Source: an uncultured candidate division Zixibacteria bacterium
GTDB taxonomy: Bacteria > Zixibacteria > MSB-5A5 > GN15 > PGXB01
DNA: 64,000 bases
Reading direction: 5' to 3'
NCBI GenBank assembly: GCA_963702205.1
Contig: OY969724.1
Coordinates: forward strand, 3,616,001-3,680,000
Numbering within the stretch: position 1 is the stretch's first letter; each line of letters begins with the position of its first letter. The position numbers were made by a program, and so were the translations under genes. Shown piece by piece: positions 42,467 through 52,029 of the stretch. Below the pieces are notes generated by a model. That model did no database searches and was not told the origin of the DNA. It saw only the letters and a list, made by a program, of their open reading frames with translations.

Positions 42467-42694
42467 TCAGTTCTCTTTTTTCAGATCCTCCGGCGTCCGG
42501 TAGCGTTGTTTTTTGACTTCCTGCATCTTGTCAAGAAATTCCCTGGGGTCGATAATTTTCTTGTCGATCAACAACCCCACCAGCGCTTCCTGGGCAAGAT
42601 TATTGGACAGGGCCAGTTCCTCAAAAGAAATCTCCCGTTCCTTGCCGTCGATCATCATCTTGAGCGCGAATTTTTTATCGGTCACGTCGTTCAT
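42467..42694 (-). CDS. Small hypothetical protein
   Basis: Operonic; EALVGLLIDKKII. Confidence 0.7.
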   Translation of the reverse strand: MNDVTDKKFALKMMIDGKEREISFEELALSNNLAQEALVGLLIDKKIIDPREFLDKMQEVKKQRYRTPEDLKKEN

Positions 42695-43541
42695 CCTTTC
42701 CGATGGCCTCGTTCATAGATCCCGTCCGATACCCCTCCAGATCGACCGCGACATACTTGAATCCGGCTTTCTTTATTTTCTCGATCAATATCTCTTTGAC
42801 TCCGCTGCTGAATACGCGCGGCAAATCCTTTGGCCTGAATTCCAGGCGGGCCACGTCGTGGTGGTAGCGCACCCGAAATCCCTCGAATCCGGCCTCACGG
42901 ACCGCCGTCTCGGCCTGGTCGATCATGCGTAGTCTTTCCGGGGTAATCGATATACCGTACGGTATCCGCGACGCCAGACAGGCCGCGGCCGGTTTTTCCG
43001 CGAACGAAAGATTGTTGTCGCGGGCGATTTCGCGAATATCATCTTTGGTCAGTCCGGTTTCGCGCAGCGGCGAAACAACGTGCTCTTCACGTGCAGCCCT
43101 TAGGCCCGGACGATAGTCGATCGTATCCGATAAATTGGTGCCGTCGAATATGACGGCCATGTTTTCTTTTTCCGCGATGGATTTAAGTTCGGAGTACAAT
43201 GTATGTTTGCACCAGTAGCAGCGATCGGTCGGATTCTTGACATAGTTTTCGTTATCCATCTCGCGGGTGACTATAAAGCGATGGCGGTTGTCAGGCAAAC
43301 CAAGTTCACCGGCGATTTTCAGAGCTGATTCTTTTTCGCCGGTGGCGTATGACTCGGACAGCGAAGTCGCCGCCAGTACATTTTTGGCGCCCAGCGCATT
43401 AATCGACGCCCATAAGACGAGCGCCGAATCCAGGCCACCGCTATACGCCACGAGGGCATTATCGTACTGCTTGATGAATTCTATGAGCCTGTTCTGATTA
43501 TTTTTTGCCAAGGCTAAAATCCACTCTTTGCGGTCTGCCAT
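42675..43541 (-). CDS. larE: LarE-family ATP-dependent sulfur transferase (start 43541 or 43511)
   Basis: AYSGGLDS PP-loop, RCYWCK, DGTN..DYRPG, CLASRIPYG, RVRYH, GYRTGSMN. Confidence 0.9.
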   Translation of the reverse strand: MADRKEWILALAKNNQNRLIEFIKQYDNALVAYSGGLDSALVLWASINALGAKNVLAATSLSESYATGEKESALKIAGELGLPDNRHRFIVTREMDNENYVKNPTDRCYWCKHTLYSELKSIAEKENMAVIFDGTNLSDTIDYRPGLRAAREEHVVSPLRETGLTKDDIREIARDNNLSFAEKPAAACLASRIPYGISITPERLRMIDQAETAVREAGFEGFRVRYHHDVARLEFRPKDLPRVFSSGVKEILIEKIKKAGFKYVAVDLEGYRTGSMNEAIGKDERRDR

Positions 43542-45261
43542 ATTCAATGCGGTAAACCGGCAGATCGACGTTTTCCCGGTTACTGCCAAATGATACGTCG
43601 CCGGCCACGCCGTGGTAACCTTTGATTGACGATAAATAGCGGGCTATGTCCTCGCGGGAAAAATTTCCGTTGGCGAAAGCATCGCATAATAGAGAGGCGG
43701 CGTCATAGCCGAGCGCTTCCAGTCGTCCGGGTTGATGACCGAAGCGCTTGTCGAAATCGAAATAGAACTGCCGAACCCGTTCGCTTTCATCGTCTATGAT
43801 GCGGCTCGAAGTGAAATAGTGCATTCCCAAAACGTTTTCGCCCAGATCGTACACCAATTTCTGGCCCCACCCGTCGGCCCCCAGCAGAGCGGTTTTCAAA
43901 TTATAAAACTGAATCTGAGGCAGAAGCAGTCGCAATTGAGTTGCTTCGGCCGGGATATAAATGCAGTCGATCCACACCGGCACTTCCTCGGGGTCAATCG
44001 TATCACCCTGTTCGTTTATGAATATCAGCGAATCGAGCAACTCTCCGAGTATGAGCGATTTTATGTCTTTGACAAACGGCCCGAAATCGGTTTCGCGGAC
44101 GCGGAAATATTCCACTGCCAGGATATGTCCGCCGCGAGCCTTAAACCGGTCGGCAAACGCGCGAGCCATCGACAGGTTCTCCGGCGACGTCGGCGTCATG
44201 ATGGCAGCCGTATCGGCGCCGAGATAATCAATGGCGAGGTCGGCCATGCGCACGCCCTGCCAGTCGAGGTTCGGAGTCAACTGAAAGCAGGTCGAAGACA
44301 GCTCGGTCAGGTCGGCCTGCCCGGCCGCCGGTGCGATCATCGGCATATCGCCGCAGCTTAAGGCCGCCGAGGCCACCGCGGTCGCCTCCGACGTCAGCGG
44401 CCCGATCACGGCGCCCACGTCTTCGGCCGAAAGTCGTCGTATGATGCGCGCCGCTTCGAGCGTCTGTCCCTCGGTATCGTACACGACGCTCTTGACATTC
44501 ATCCCCGATGAATCATTGCACTGCTCCACACGAAGTTTTATGCCGTTGAGGATGGCATCACCGTACGTCTGCATTTCTCCCGAGAGCGGCAGCACCGCCG
44601 CGATTTCCGCTTTCTGTTTGACATACTGTTCGGCGTCGGTCTGAAGAGCATGGGCTTCGGCCGACTGGCACGATGACAGCAGTGATTTGATCGGTTGATA
44701 ATTTTTCTCACTGAAGAGCTCGCGGGCGAGTTTAACCAATAAATCACAACGGCGCCCCGATGGAATCGGCGCGGCGATGATGCGCTCCGATGCCTGCGAT
44801 CCATAGTCCGCCACCATACCTATTAACGCCTTCACGGCCAGGTCGGTGAGACGTTTGTCGTTCGATGAATTATAGGCTTTGATATAGGCATCCAGAGCCG
44901 GGCCTACCTGTTCAAGACGATAGTTGACGTTTCCGAGGAAATAGTAACCGTACGGTACATAAGACGACGTCGGGTACGCGCCGATCAGGCGCTCCAGACC
45001 CATACGGCTCTCGGTATACAAACCGGCGTACCAGGCCGCCTTGGAGCGGAAAAATAAATATTTATCGATATTTCTGGAGCCGGAATAAGTTTCGGTCAGT
45101 TGAAGAAGGCTGTTGTACGCCGACAAATATTCACCCGATTGCAGAAGATCAAAGGCATCGTTAAACGATGCACTCTCGTGATCCGCCCGGACCGGAACCC
45201 ACGCAAAAAGAAAAATCAAAATTGCGGCCGTGACTGCTCTGCGTACCATAAAATTCATCAA
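43498..45261 (-). CDS. TPR plus periplasmic-binding-fold protein (LpoA/LppC-like)
   Basis: Signal peptide; TPR N-terminus; LPLSG, VIGPLTS, ALGYDAA, GVAGDVSF. Confidence 0.75.
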   Translation of the reverse strand: MMNFMVRRAVTAAILIFLFAWVPVRADHESASFNDAFDLLQSGEYLSAYNSLLQLTETYSGSRNIDKYLFFRSKAAWYAGLYTESRMGLERLIGAYPTSSYVPYGYYFLGNVNYRLEQVGPALDAYIKAYNSSNDKRLTDLAVKALIGMVADYGSQASERIIAAPIPSGRRCDLLVKLARELFSEKNYQPIKSLLSSCQSAEAHALQTDAEQYVKQKAEIAAVLPLSGEMQTYGDAILNGIKLRVEQCNDSSGMNVKSVVYDTEGQTLEAARIIRRLSAEDVGAVIGPLTSEATAVASAALSCGDMPMIAPAAGQADLTELSSTCFQLTPNLDWQGVRMADLAIDYLGADTAAIMTPTSPENLSMARAFADRFKARGGHILAVEYFRVRETDFGPFVKDIKSLILGELLDSLIFINEQGDTIDPEEVPVWIDCIYIPAEATQLRLLLPQIQFYNLKTALLGADGWGQKLVYDLGENVLGMHYFTSSRIIDDESERVRQFYFDFDKRFGHQPGRLEALGYDAASLLCDAFANGNFSREDIARYLSSIKGYHGVAGDVSFGSNRENVDLPVYRIEYGRPQRVDFSLGKK

Positions 45262-45749
45262 AGCGAATATTTGCCAAAATCTTCCGGATCAATTTTCCTC
45301 AAACGGTCGGCCAGTGATTCCGGGTCATTGGTCATTTCGGGCGGCTTCTCGGGCGACGCCTGCAGATTGAACAACTCCTCGGCGGCGAAAATCGGCGCAC
45401 CCATCTTCAGCGCCAGCGCAATAGAATCCGACGGCCTCGCGTCTATCTGAAGTTTTTCACCGTTCGAAGCAATGCTGATTTTGGCGTAAAATGTCTGTTC
45501 CTTCAGTTCGGTAATCTCGACCCGCTCCATCGTGGCTTTCAAATGGCCGATGATATTTTTCAACAGATCGTGGGTCATCGGTCTCTTGGGACTTACCCCG
45601 GAAAGTTCCATCGCAATCGCCCAGGCTTCGCTGTGGCCGATCCAGATCGGCAGTACTTTCTTACCCTCCAGCGGCGTCAAAATGATAACGGGCGAATTGG
45701 TGGTGACATCCAGAGCCAGACCATCGACCTTGACCTCGAGCATCGCCAT
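45258..45749 (-). CDS. Bifunctional nuclease family (DUF151)
   Basis: LPIWIG..EAWAI, RPMTHDL, DARPSDSIALAL. Confidence 0.93.
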   Translation of the reverse strand: MAMLEVKVDGLALDVTTNSPVIILTPLEGKKVLPIWIGHSEAWAIAMELSGVSPKRPMTHDLLKNIIGHLKATMERVEITELKEQTFYAKISIASNGEKLQIDARPSDSIALALKMGAPIFAAEELFNLQASPEKPPEMTNDPESLADRLRKIDPEDFGKYSL

Positions 45750-45751
45750 GA

Positions 45752-46198
45752 TTAAGCCTTTCTTATGACCCAGACCTTGACGTTGGCGACAACGTCCTTT
45801 TCGATCTTGACCGGTATCGTATAAACCCCGAGCGACTTGATCGGGTCTTCAAGCGTGATATGGCGCTTATCGACTTTGATCCCTTCGCTTTCGAGAAGCT
45901 CCGCTACGTTCTGAGCCGTCACCGAACCGAAGATTTTATCTTCCTCGCCGACCAGGACTTCGATTGTCAGCGACATCTGTTCCATCTTGTCCTTGAGCTT
46001 TTCGGCTTCGTTGCGAAGCTTCCGCTCGCGGATTTTGTTCTGTTTTTCGATCTCCTCGATCGCCCGGACGTTGGCCTTGGAAGCCATAATGGCCAGGTTG
46101 CGCGGCATGAGGTAATTGCGGGCATAGCCGCTCTTGACCTCAATTATTTTCCCGGCCTTGCCCAGATCGGGAATATCCTGTTTTAAGATTACCTTCAT
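45752..46198 (-). CDS. rplI: 50S ribosomal protein L9
   Basis: MKVILKQD..LGKAG..GYARNYL; IFGSVT. Confidence 0.97.
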   Translation of the reverse strand: MKVILKQDIPDLGKAGKIIEVKSGYARNYLMPRNLAIMASKANVRAIEEIEKQNKIRERKLRNEAEKLKDKMEQMSLTIEVLVGEEDKIFGSVTAQNVAELLESEGIKVDKRHITLEDPIKSLGVYTIPVKIEKDVVANVKVWVIRKA

Positions 46199-46220
46199 CT
46201 TTATATCCTTTCGATTATTA

Positions 46221-47147
46221 TCAACCAATCAGGCGCGCCTTGACCTTGCGAAAATCGAAATAGCTGTCCGCAAAACCGACCAGGGCGGCCAAAATCAATC
46301 CCGGAACCTGCAAAAGTAATATACCAATATAAAACAAAATTCTCAAGAAAAGCGACAGGCGTATTTTCTTCAAATAATATTCCAGGACCGAAAATCCGAA
46401 CACGGCATAGAAAAACCCGATAAAAAGTATGACATTGTCGGCAACAACTTTCATGACCTCCGAGCCAAGCAGGCGCAGGACCAGAAAAATCCCGATGCCG
46501 TAAATATAATATTCGGGCATTTTCCAGTATAGAAAATTGCGGAAAGAGGGAGCATACTCGTCGAGACTTTTAAAGAGTATGATCAGCCCCACCCAGCCGA
46601 CAAACAACTGGGCCACGGCCGACAGGGCCATCAGCGACGGCAGCAGTCTTTTGACCAGAGCCACGAATCCCTGCATCATATCGCGCGCCTCGGCGACCCG
46701 TGCCTGGGAGACGCTGCCCATCGACAATCCGTTTTCGAAATAATCATAAGCCTGATTCAAGACGCTATAGTACAAGTCTTTTTCGGTCCAGAACATTATC
46801 ATCGTCGCGGCTACCGAGAAAAAGGCCGCTATCATGAACGTCCGCGACGTCGGCGCCCCGGCGTTCAACAGCCAGCCCATGACTGTCGCGGGAATCAGAA
46901 CCGATCCCCACATAGCACCCAAAGGCAGGTTTAAGCCGAAAACCGAGGCCGCCATAACCAGCGACGCCAGCGCTCCGGCAATAAGAATCACCGCCCTCCG
47001 ACGGAAAGCCAGGTACATCGCCGCGAACATGGCGCCCGTCTGGACGACATAATTCACGACCGGGATATAGGCCAGAAGTGGGAAAAACAGAATGGTCAAT
47101 ATTCCCAGCACCGTGACGATTTTGTCTGCCGGACTCCAGTCGAACAT
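46221..47147 (-). CDS. DUF2232/YybS-family membrane protein
   Basis: Multi-TM; ends GFADSYFDFRK; lies between rpsR and rplI. Confidence 0.8.
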   Translation of the reverse strand: MFDWSPADKIVTVLGILTILFFPLLAYIPVVNYVVQTGAMFAAMYLAFRRRAVILIAGALASLVMAASVFGLNLPLGAMWGSVLIPATVMGWLLNAGAPTSRTFMIAAFFSVAATMIMFWTEKDLYYSVLNQAYDYFENGLSMGSVSQARVAEARDMMQGFVALVKRLLPSLMALSAVAQLFVGWVGLIILFKSLDEYAPSFRNFLYWKMPEYYIYGIGIFLVLRLLGSEVMKVVADNVILFIGFFYAVFGFSVLEYYLKKIRLSLFLRILFYIGILLLQVPGLILAALVGFADSYFDFRKVKARLIG

Positions 47148-47161
47148 GGCACTATCCGCGA

Positions 47162-47395
47162 TTAACGGTAAACCTCGCTGACAAAGGGCAGAATGGCCAG
47201 ATGACGGGCTCTTTTAATGGCCCGGGTTAACGCCCTCTGATGTTTGGCACAATTTCCCGAAACACGACGCGGGACTATTTTGCCGCGTTCGTTGATGAAC
47301 CGTCTCAAAATGCGGTCGTCATCGTATGGGATAAAATTCATGTGGTCTTCGCAGAAACGACATATTCTGCGTCTTTTTCTCTCAAAATCCGCCAT
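47162..47395 (-). CDS. rpsR: 30S ribosomal protein S18
   Basis: [29 protein letters not shown]. Confidence 0.97.
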   Translation of the reverse strand: MADFERKRRRICRFCEDHMNFIPYDDDRILRRFINERGKIVPRRVSGNCAKHQRALTRAIKRARHLAILPFVSEVYR

Positions 47396-47502
47396 TTTAT
47401 TCCTCATTAAGTTATATGCAAATTAAGTTCAGATTATCATTTTCGAACGAACTCCTCCCCGGAAGACGGCAAGGAATTCCCGAACGAATATCGAGAATGG
47501 TC

Positions 47503-48033
47503 TTACTCTTTGTCATCCGAATCATTCTTGTATTCGCCGCCGTTGCCGCTTTCTTCGCTTTCGTAAGAAACTCCGGGATTGTCTTCTGCTTTGTCTTCGA
47601 CTTTTGTTTCGACTTTTTCTTCAGACCTGGCTTCGGCTTTATCTTTCGTTTTTTCTTTGTCTTTTTCCGAATCGTCGCCGTGACTTTCGTGGTGTTTCTT
47701 GACTTTCGGCATAGGTTTGGAAACCTTGCCGGTTTCTTCGTCGAGTGTCCCTTCGAATACTACCGTCAGGTAGCGGATGTAGGCCTCTTCGAGGCGGTAG
47801 AAACGATCAAGCTCGGCCAGGACGCTGTTGTCCCCCGTAAATACCATGCGGGCGTAATATCCCTGGGTGTACTTTTTGATGGGATAAGCCAGCCGACGGA
47901 TACCGATACGGTCCTCATCGAATATCCTGCCATTGTACCTTTTAATAACTTCCGAGACGGCGTTGATTTGACGATCGAAAGTGGCTTCATCAGCCTGGGG
48001 ACCAAGAATAAACGTGGTTTCGTACAAGCGCAC
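47503..48033 (-). CDS. rpsF: 30S ribosomal protein S6 with a long acidic tail
   Basis: RLYETTFIL, GIRRLAYPIKK, GYY. Confidence 0.95.
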   Translation of the reverse strand: MRLYETTFILGPQADEATFDRQINAVSEVIKRYNGRIFDEDRIGIRRLAYPIKKYTQGYYARMVFTGDNSVLAELDRFYRLEEAYIRYLTVVFEGTLDEETGKVSKPMPKVKKHHESHGDDSEKDKEKTKDKAEARSEEKVETKVEDKAEDNPGVSYESEESGNGGEYKNDSDDKE

Positions 48034-48090
48034 TAAGGCACCTCCCTTCGGACTATCGGCCCCGGTTATTCGTTTTCCGGAGCAGGGTTA
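48034..48090 (-). promoter_or_regulatory. S6:S18 autoregulatory leader RNA
   Basis: Minus strand CCCTGCTCCGG..CCGGGGCCGATAGTCCGAAGGGAGGTG: hairpin, CCG motif and pairing next to the SD, directly before rpsF. Confidence 0.72.
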
Positions 48091-48653
48091 TTGTTATATA
48101 TTGTCATCGCCTCTTCGAGGCGATTGGTTAATGAATATAATACGGCTTCGGCCGATTTTTCAAGCATTTTCTCGACTTTTTCGGACGCGGTAGAATCGAA
48201 GCTGCCCAATACAAAATCGACCGGATCGACGCCTTCCGGCACCGGCCCGATCCCGAGGCGCAGCCTCGCAATATTTTCCGTGCCCAGATGATAAATTATC
48301 GACGCCATCCCGTTGTGTCCTCCATCGGAACCGGCCAGACGAATCCGGAGTGTCCCCAGAGGGAGAGCATAATCGTCATAGACAACCAGGATTTTATCCA
48401 AAGGAATTTCATATTTCTCGACAGCCTCGGCAACCGCCCGCCCTGAATTATTCATGTATGTGGTCGGCCAGATCAGACGGGCCGTATTGTCACCGAATTT
48501 CTTTTCCAGAAGATAAAAGTCGCCCGGACCGGGCCGGGGCCGGGTTTTCCATTTATCCGAGATTTGGCTTAATGCTTTGAATCCGAGATTGTGCCGGGTT
48601 TCGGCGTATTTCTGGCCGATATTGCCCAGCCCGACAACGAGAGAGACGCTCAT
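48066..48653 (-). CDS. pth: Peptidyl-tRNA hydrolase
   Basis: VGLGN, TRHNLG, PTTYMNNSG, GGHNG, RLRLGIG. Confidence 0.96.
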   Translation of the reverse strand: MSVSLVVGLGNIGQKYAETRHNLGFKALSQISDKWKTRPRPGPGDFYLLEKKFGDNTARLIWPTTYMNNSGRAVAEAVEKYEIPLDKILVVYDDYALPLGTLRIRLAGSDGGHNGMASIIYHLGTENIARLRLGIGPVPEGVDPVDFVLGSFDSTASEKVEKMLEKSAEAVLYSLTNRLEEAMTIYNNNPAPENE

Positions 48654-48690
48654 GCCGAAATTTCCCGGGTGTCAAACCAACGGATTAATA

Positions 48691-48736
48691 GCAGGTCGGG
48701 TTCCGAGTGAAGCGAAGCGAAACGAGAAACCCGACA
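48691..48736. repeat. REP-like palindrome, family C
   Basis: GCAGGTCGGGTTCCGA..ACGAGAAACCCGACA, homologous to 63247-63293. Confidence 0.65.
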
Positions 48737-48860
48737 GAAAAATGTTGGCTCCTGAGATTCTATGGCGAAAATTATATGCATTTTGGATTTACATGTAACC
48801 ATAACAAGTTTCCAAAATACGGAGAAATTTGTCGGGACGCAAACATGAAGCGTCTGAATT

Positions 48861-49496
48861 TTATTTGAAACCGAGGGTCAAAAGAAGTTGCGGGCATTTC
48901 TTGAGCAGCTCTTTGCGGATCTTGACACGGGCCCGGTGTAAATACCAGCGTACAGTCGCCTCGGGCATGTTCATGACATTCGCGACGTCGTTGATATGAC
49001 ACCCGTCGACGTCGCGCAGGATAAAAGCCGACTTTTGCTTGTCGCTCAGCGATTCGGCGGCGTCGGTGATATACTTTCTGAGCTGGTCCCGCTGAAATGA
49101 CTCTTCGGGTGAGTCGTGCTTTTCGTCGGCCTGTTCCTGTATATTTTCAATCGATTCGTGCTGGTGACGATGGTGCTTGCGCATATAATCGATCGAAGCA
49201 TTAACCGTAATGCGGTAGAGCCACGTATAAAATTTCTTCTTCTCATCGTAGCGCCAGATATTGCGGCTGGTCTTGACAAATACATTCTGGGTGATGTCCG
49301 CGGCTTCATCGTAATCGCCGACCATTTTATAAGCTAGCGAGGCCACCTGATTGCGATACATCCGAACCAGTTCACCGAAAGCCCGGTCGTTGCCGCCTTT
49401 GATATCCCGGATTATCTCCTTGGTCTTGATCTCCAACTGAATGTCTTCAGGGGTCGGGACTTTTCTTTTTGACTGTTTAACTGGCATTACTTCCAT
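48861..49496 (-). CDS. ECF sigma-70 factor
   Basis: AFGELV, DITQNVF, FYTWLYRI..N..IDYMRK, ATVRWYLHRAR. Confidence 0.92.
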   Translation of the reverse strand: MEVMPVKQSKRKVPTPEDIQLEIKTKEIIRDIKGGNDRAFGELVRMYRNQVASLAYKMVGDYDEAADITQNVFVKTSRNIWRYDEKKKFYTWLYRITVNASIDYMRKHHRHQHESIENIQEQADEKHDSPEESFQRDQLRKYITDAAESLSDKQKSAFILRDVDGCHINDVANVMNMPEATVRWYLHRARVKIRKELLKKCPQLLLTLGFK

Positions 49497-49634
49497 TTCA
49501 CTCGTTAAAAGCAGATAATTTTTGTTCTCTTTTCCCTATTTAAACGTACCCCGTTTAAATAATGTTCCATTAATTCCCGACTTTGTTTCGTATATTTGGG
49601 CCGATTTTCGATGATCTGCCTGCTTTCGGGCAAT

Positions 49635-49655
49635 AAAAAAAGACCCTTGCGGGTC
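49635..49655 (-). terminator. Intrinsic terminator after the M23 gene
   Basis: Minus strand GACCC-GCAA-GGGTC-TTTTTTT. Confidence 0.6.
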
Positions 49656-49684
49656 AATCCTTGATTCAAACCGATCGCCGGCAG

Positions 49685-50587
49685 CTAATTATTCAGGATA
49701 TATTCCAGAGGATTGACCGATTTATTGTCCTTGATGACTTCGTAATGAAGATGCGGACCCGTCGAATATCCGGTCGAACCCATCAGGCCGATCAGGTCGC
49801 CCCGGCGGATTTTCTGGCCCCGCTGTACTTTAATCTGACTCAAATGTCCGTAGCGCGTGCGGAAACCGTAACCGTGATTAATCTCAATCAGCCTGCCCAG
49901 GTCACCCAGGCGTCCGGCCGTCTTAACTACCCCGTCGGCCGTGGCATAAACCGGTGTCCCGGTTTTGTTGGCGATATCGATTCCGGCATGGAAACGCTGA
50001 TAGCCGGTGAAGGGGTCGTTTTTCATGCCATAACCCCGGCTCATATACCCGCGTGTCGGCATGATCGACGGCGTATGATCCAGAATGGATTTCTTCTCGA
50101 CAAGGGTGTTGTAGACCTCTTCGTATTTAACTTGCTCGAATTTGGCCAGCCGCAGCAATCCCTCGACGTCCTGCTCCGTAGAATGGGCCAGGCGGATGGC
50201 CTCGGAGAAGTGCTCCGGATTTATACGGCTCGACGGCCCCCCAATACCCAGTTTGCGTTCGTCGGTGGATATTTCCGGCAGATTGAAAATATTGCGAATG
50301 ACTATTTCCTTGTTGACCAGATCGCCGTAGATGTGGTTGATCTGGGCGACTTCGCCTTTTAAATCATCATATTTGTCGGACAAAATTTGATTCTCCGTCT
50401 GGAGGCGGTCGATTAAATGGGTATCCGATTTCGATTTGAGATATGATGATGTCAGGTAGATATTGGCGGCCACAAGCACGACCACCAGAAACAGGCAGCT
50501 ATAGATAAGCCGGTGCGGTATCTGGAACTGCCGCGTACTTTCCCGGCTGCCGCCGATAACAATTATGGATAGTTTCTTATTCGCCAT
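49685..50587 (-). CDS. M23-family metallopeptidase
   Basis: TM anchor and coiled coil; HAGID, YGHLS, STGPHLHYEV. Confidence 0.93.
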   Translation of the reverse strand: MANKKLSIIVIGGSRESTRQFQIPHRLIYSCLFLVVVLVAANIYLTSSYLKSKSDTHLIDRLQTENQILSDKYDDLKGEVAQINHIYGDLVNKEIVIRNIFNLPEISTDERKLGIGGPSSRINPEHFSEAIRLAHSTEQDVEGLLRLAKFEQVKYEEVYNTLVEKKSILDHTPSIMPTRGYMSRGYGMKNDPFTGYQRFHAGIDIANKTGTPVYATADGVVKTAGRLGDLGRLIEINHGYGFRTRYGHLSQIKVQRGQKIRRGDLIGLMGSTGYSTGPHLHYEVIKDNKSVNPLEYILNN

Positions 50588-51221
50588 CAGCAAAAATCAT
50601 CTAACACAAACCTCACAACAAAGAGGCCCATTTCAAGTTCCGGCCAACATATATCGAAAATGCCCTTTAGTCAATAAAAAAATCCGGGGCCGATTTGGGG
50701 CCGTTGTCGGTAAGTGCTACTTGATAAGCTGGAAATCCTTATTTAAAATCTTATTCACTACCTTTATAAATTTCTCGCCTGAAAGGCTCTGAAGACTATA
50801 CAGGTGCCAATAGACCTTCCGTGGCAAGATGAAAACATCCTTTTTCTTATTTTCGGCCATTTTGATCCTTCCTTCCCGTCCGTCCCGGGTCTCGAGGGAT
50901 CACAAGTATGGCCTAATCCCTATATCGACCCGTTTCCGGATTATTTAAGCTCCGGGTGCTTTATTTCCGAAGTGTAGTCTTGCATATAACATGCCTTGTA
51001 AACGCAGTGTCCGACATTTGCCAGATGATCTGTTATATTATTGTGCCATAACAATATAACGTGATGCTCAAAATTCAAATTTTGACTAATTCCGGCTTTT
51101 AAATTCAGAAATTGTGGGTAATATTCTACAATGTGATGGTTCTTCACGGATGGCCGGTGTATCGTTCTTGACACGGCCCATTTTTAAGGATAAATTGCCA
51201 TGACTCCAAAATCGCCAATAA

Positions 51222-52010
51222 ATGAGGACCATAGCTATGATATCCATGAAAGGTAAAACAGTCTTAGTATCGGGAGCCTCGGCCGGAATCGGCTATTTCA
51301 CGGCCGTCACGTTTGCCCGCGAAGGCGCCCGCCTGATCCTGGCCGCCCGGCGGGAAAGCCGCCTCGAACGGCTGGCCCAAAAATTAAATGAAGAATATGG
51401 CACGACCAGTTTGTGCCTGAAAATCGACGTTCGTCAGCAGCGCGACGTTATAAAGCAGCTCAACTCCCTCCCGGCCCGCTGGCGCAAAATCGACGTGCTG
51501 GTCAACAACGCCGGACTGAGCCGGGGGCTGTCCAAAGTCCACGAAGCCGACCTGACCGACTGGGAAGAGATGATCGATACTAATATTAAAGGTCTTTTAT
51601 ACGTCACCCGCGTGATATTGCCGTGGATGGTCAAGCGCGGCTCGGGGCACGTCATCAATATCAGCTCCATATCCGGGCACGAGCTTTATCCCGGTGGCAA
51701 CGTCTATTGTGCCACCAAGTTTGCGGTCGACGCCCTGACGAAGGGGATGCAGATGGATTTGGTGGATACGCCCATTAAAATATCGTCGGTCGATCCCGGT
51801 ATGGTGGAAACCGAATTTTCGATAGTGCGCTTCCACGGCGACAAAGACAAAGCCAAAGACGTCTATAAAGGCTTCAAAGCGCTGACCGGTCAGGACGTGG
51901 CCGAAGCGGTATTGTTCTGCGCGACCCGCCCGGCCCATGTCAATATTAATCAGCTGCGTATCATGCCCAAAGCCCAGGCCTCAGCCCTGATAAATTATAA
52001 GGAAAAGTGA
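51222..52010 (+). CDS. SDR oxidoreductase, YdfG-like (start may be 51237 or 51246)
   Basis: SGASAGIG, NNAG, YCATK, DPGMVETEFS. Confidence 0.92.
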   Translation: MRTIAMISMKGKTVLVSGASAGIGYFTAVTFAREGARLILAARRESRLERLAQKLNEEYGTTSLCLKIDVRQQRDVIKQLNSLPARWRKIDVLVNNAGLSRGLSKVHEADLTDWEEMIDTNIKGLLYVTRVILPWMVKRGSGHVINISSISGHELYPGGNVYCATKFAVDALTKGMQMDLVDTPIKISSVDPGMVETEFSIVRFHGDKDKAKDVYKGFKALTGQDVAEAVLFCATRPAHVNINQLRIMPKAQASALINYKEK

Positions 52011-52029
52011 CCAAGTTGTAATATTCGCC

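Noticed and set aside
50941..51174. 77-aa ORF in the M23-SDR intergenic region
   Set aside because: No RBS, atypical composition, no recognisable motif
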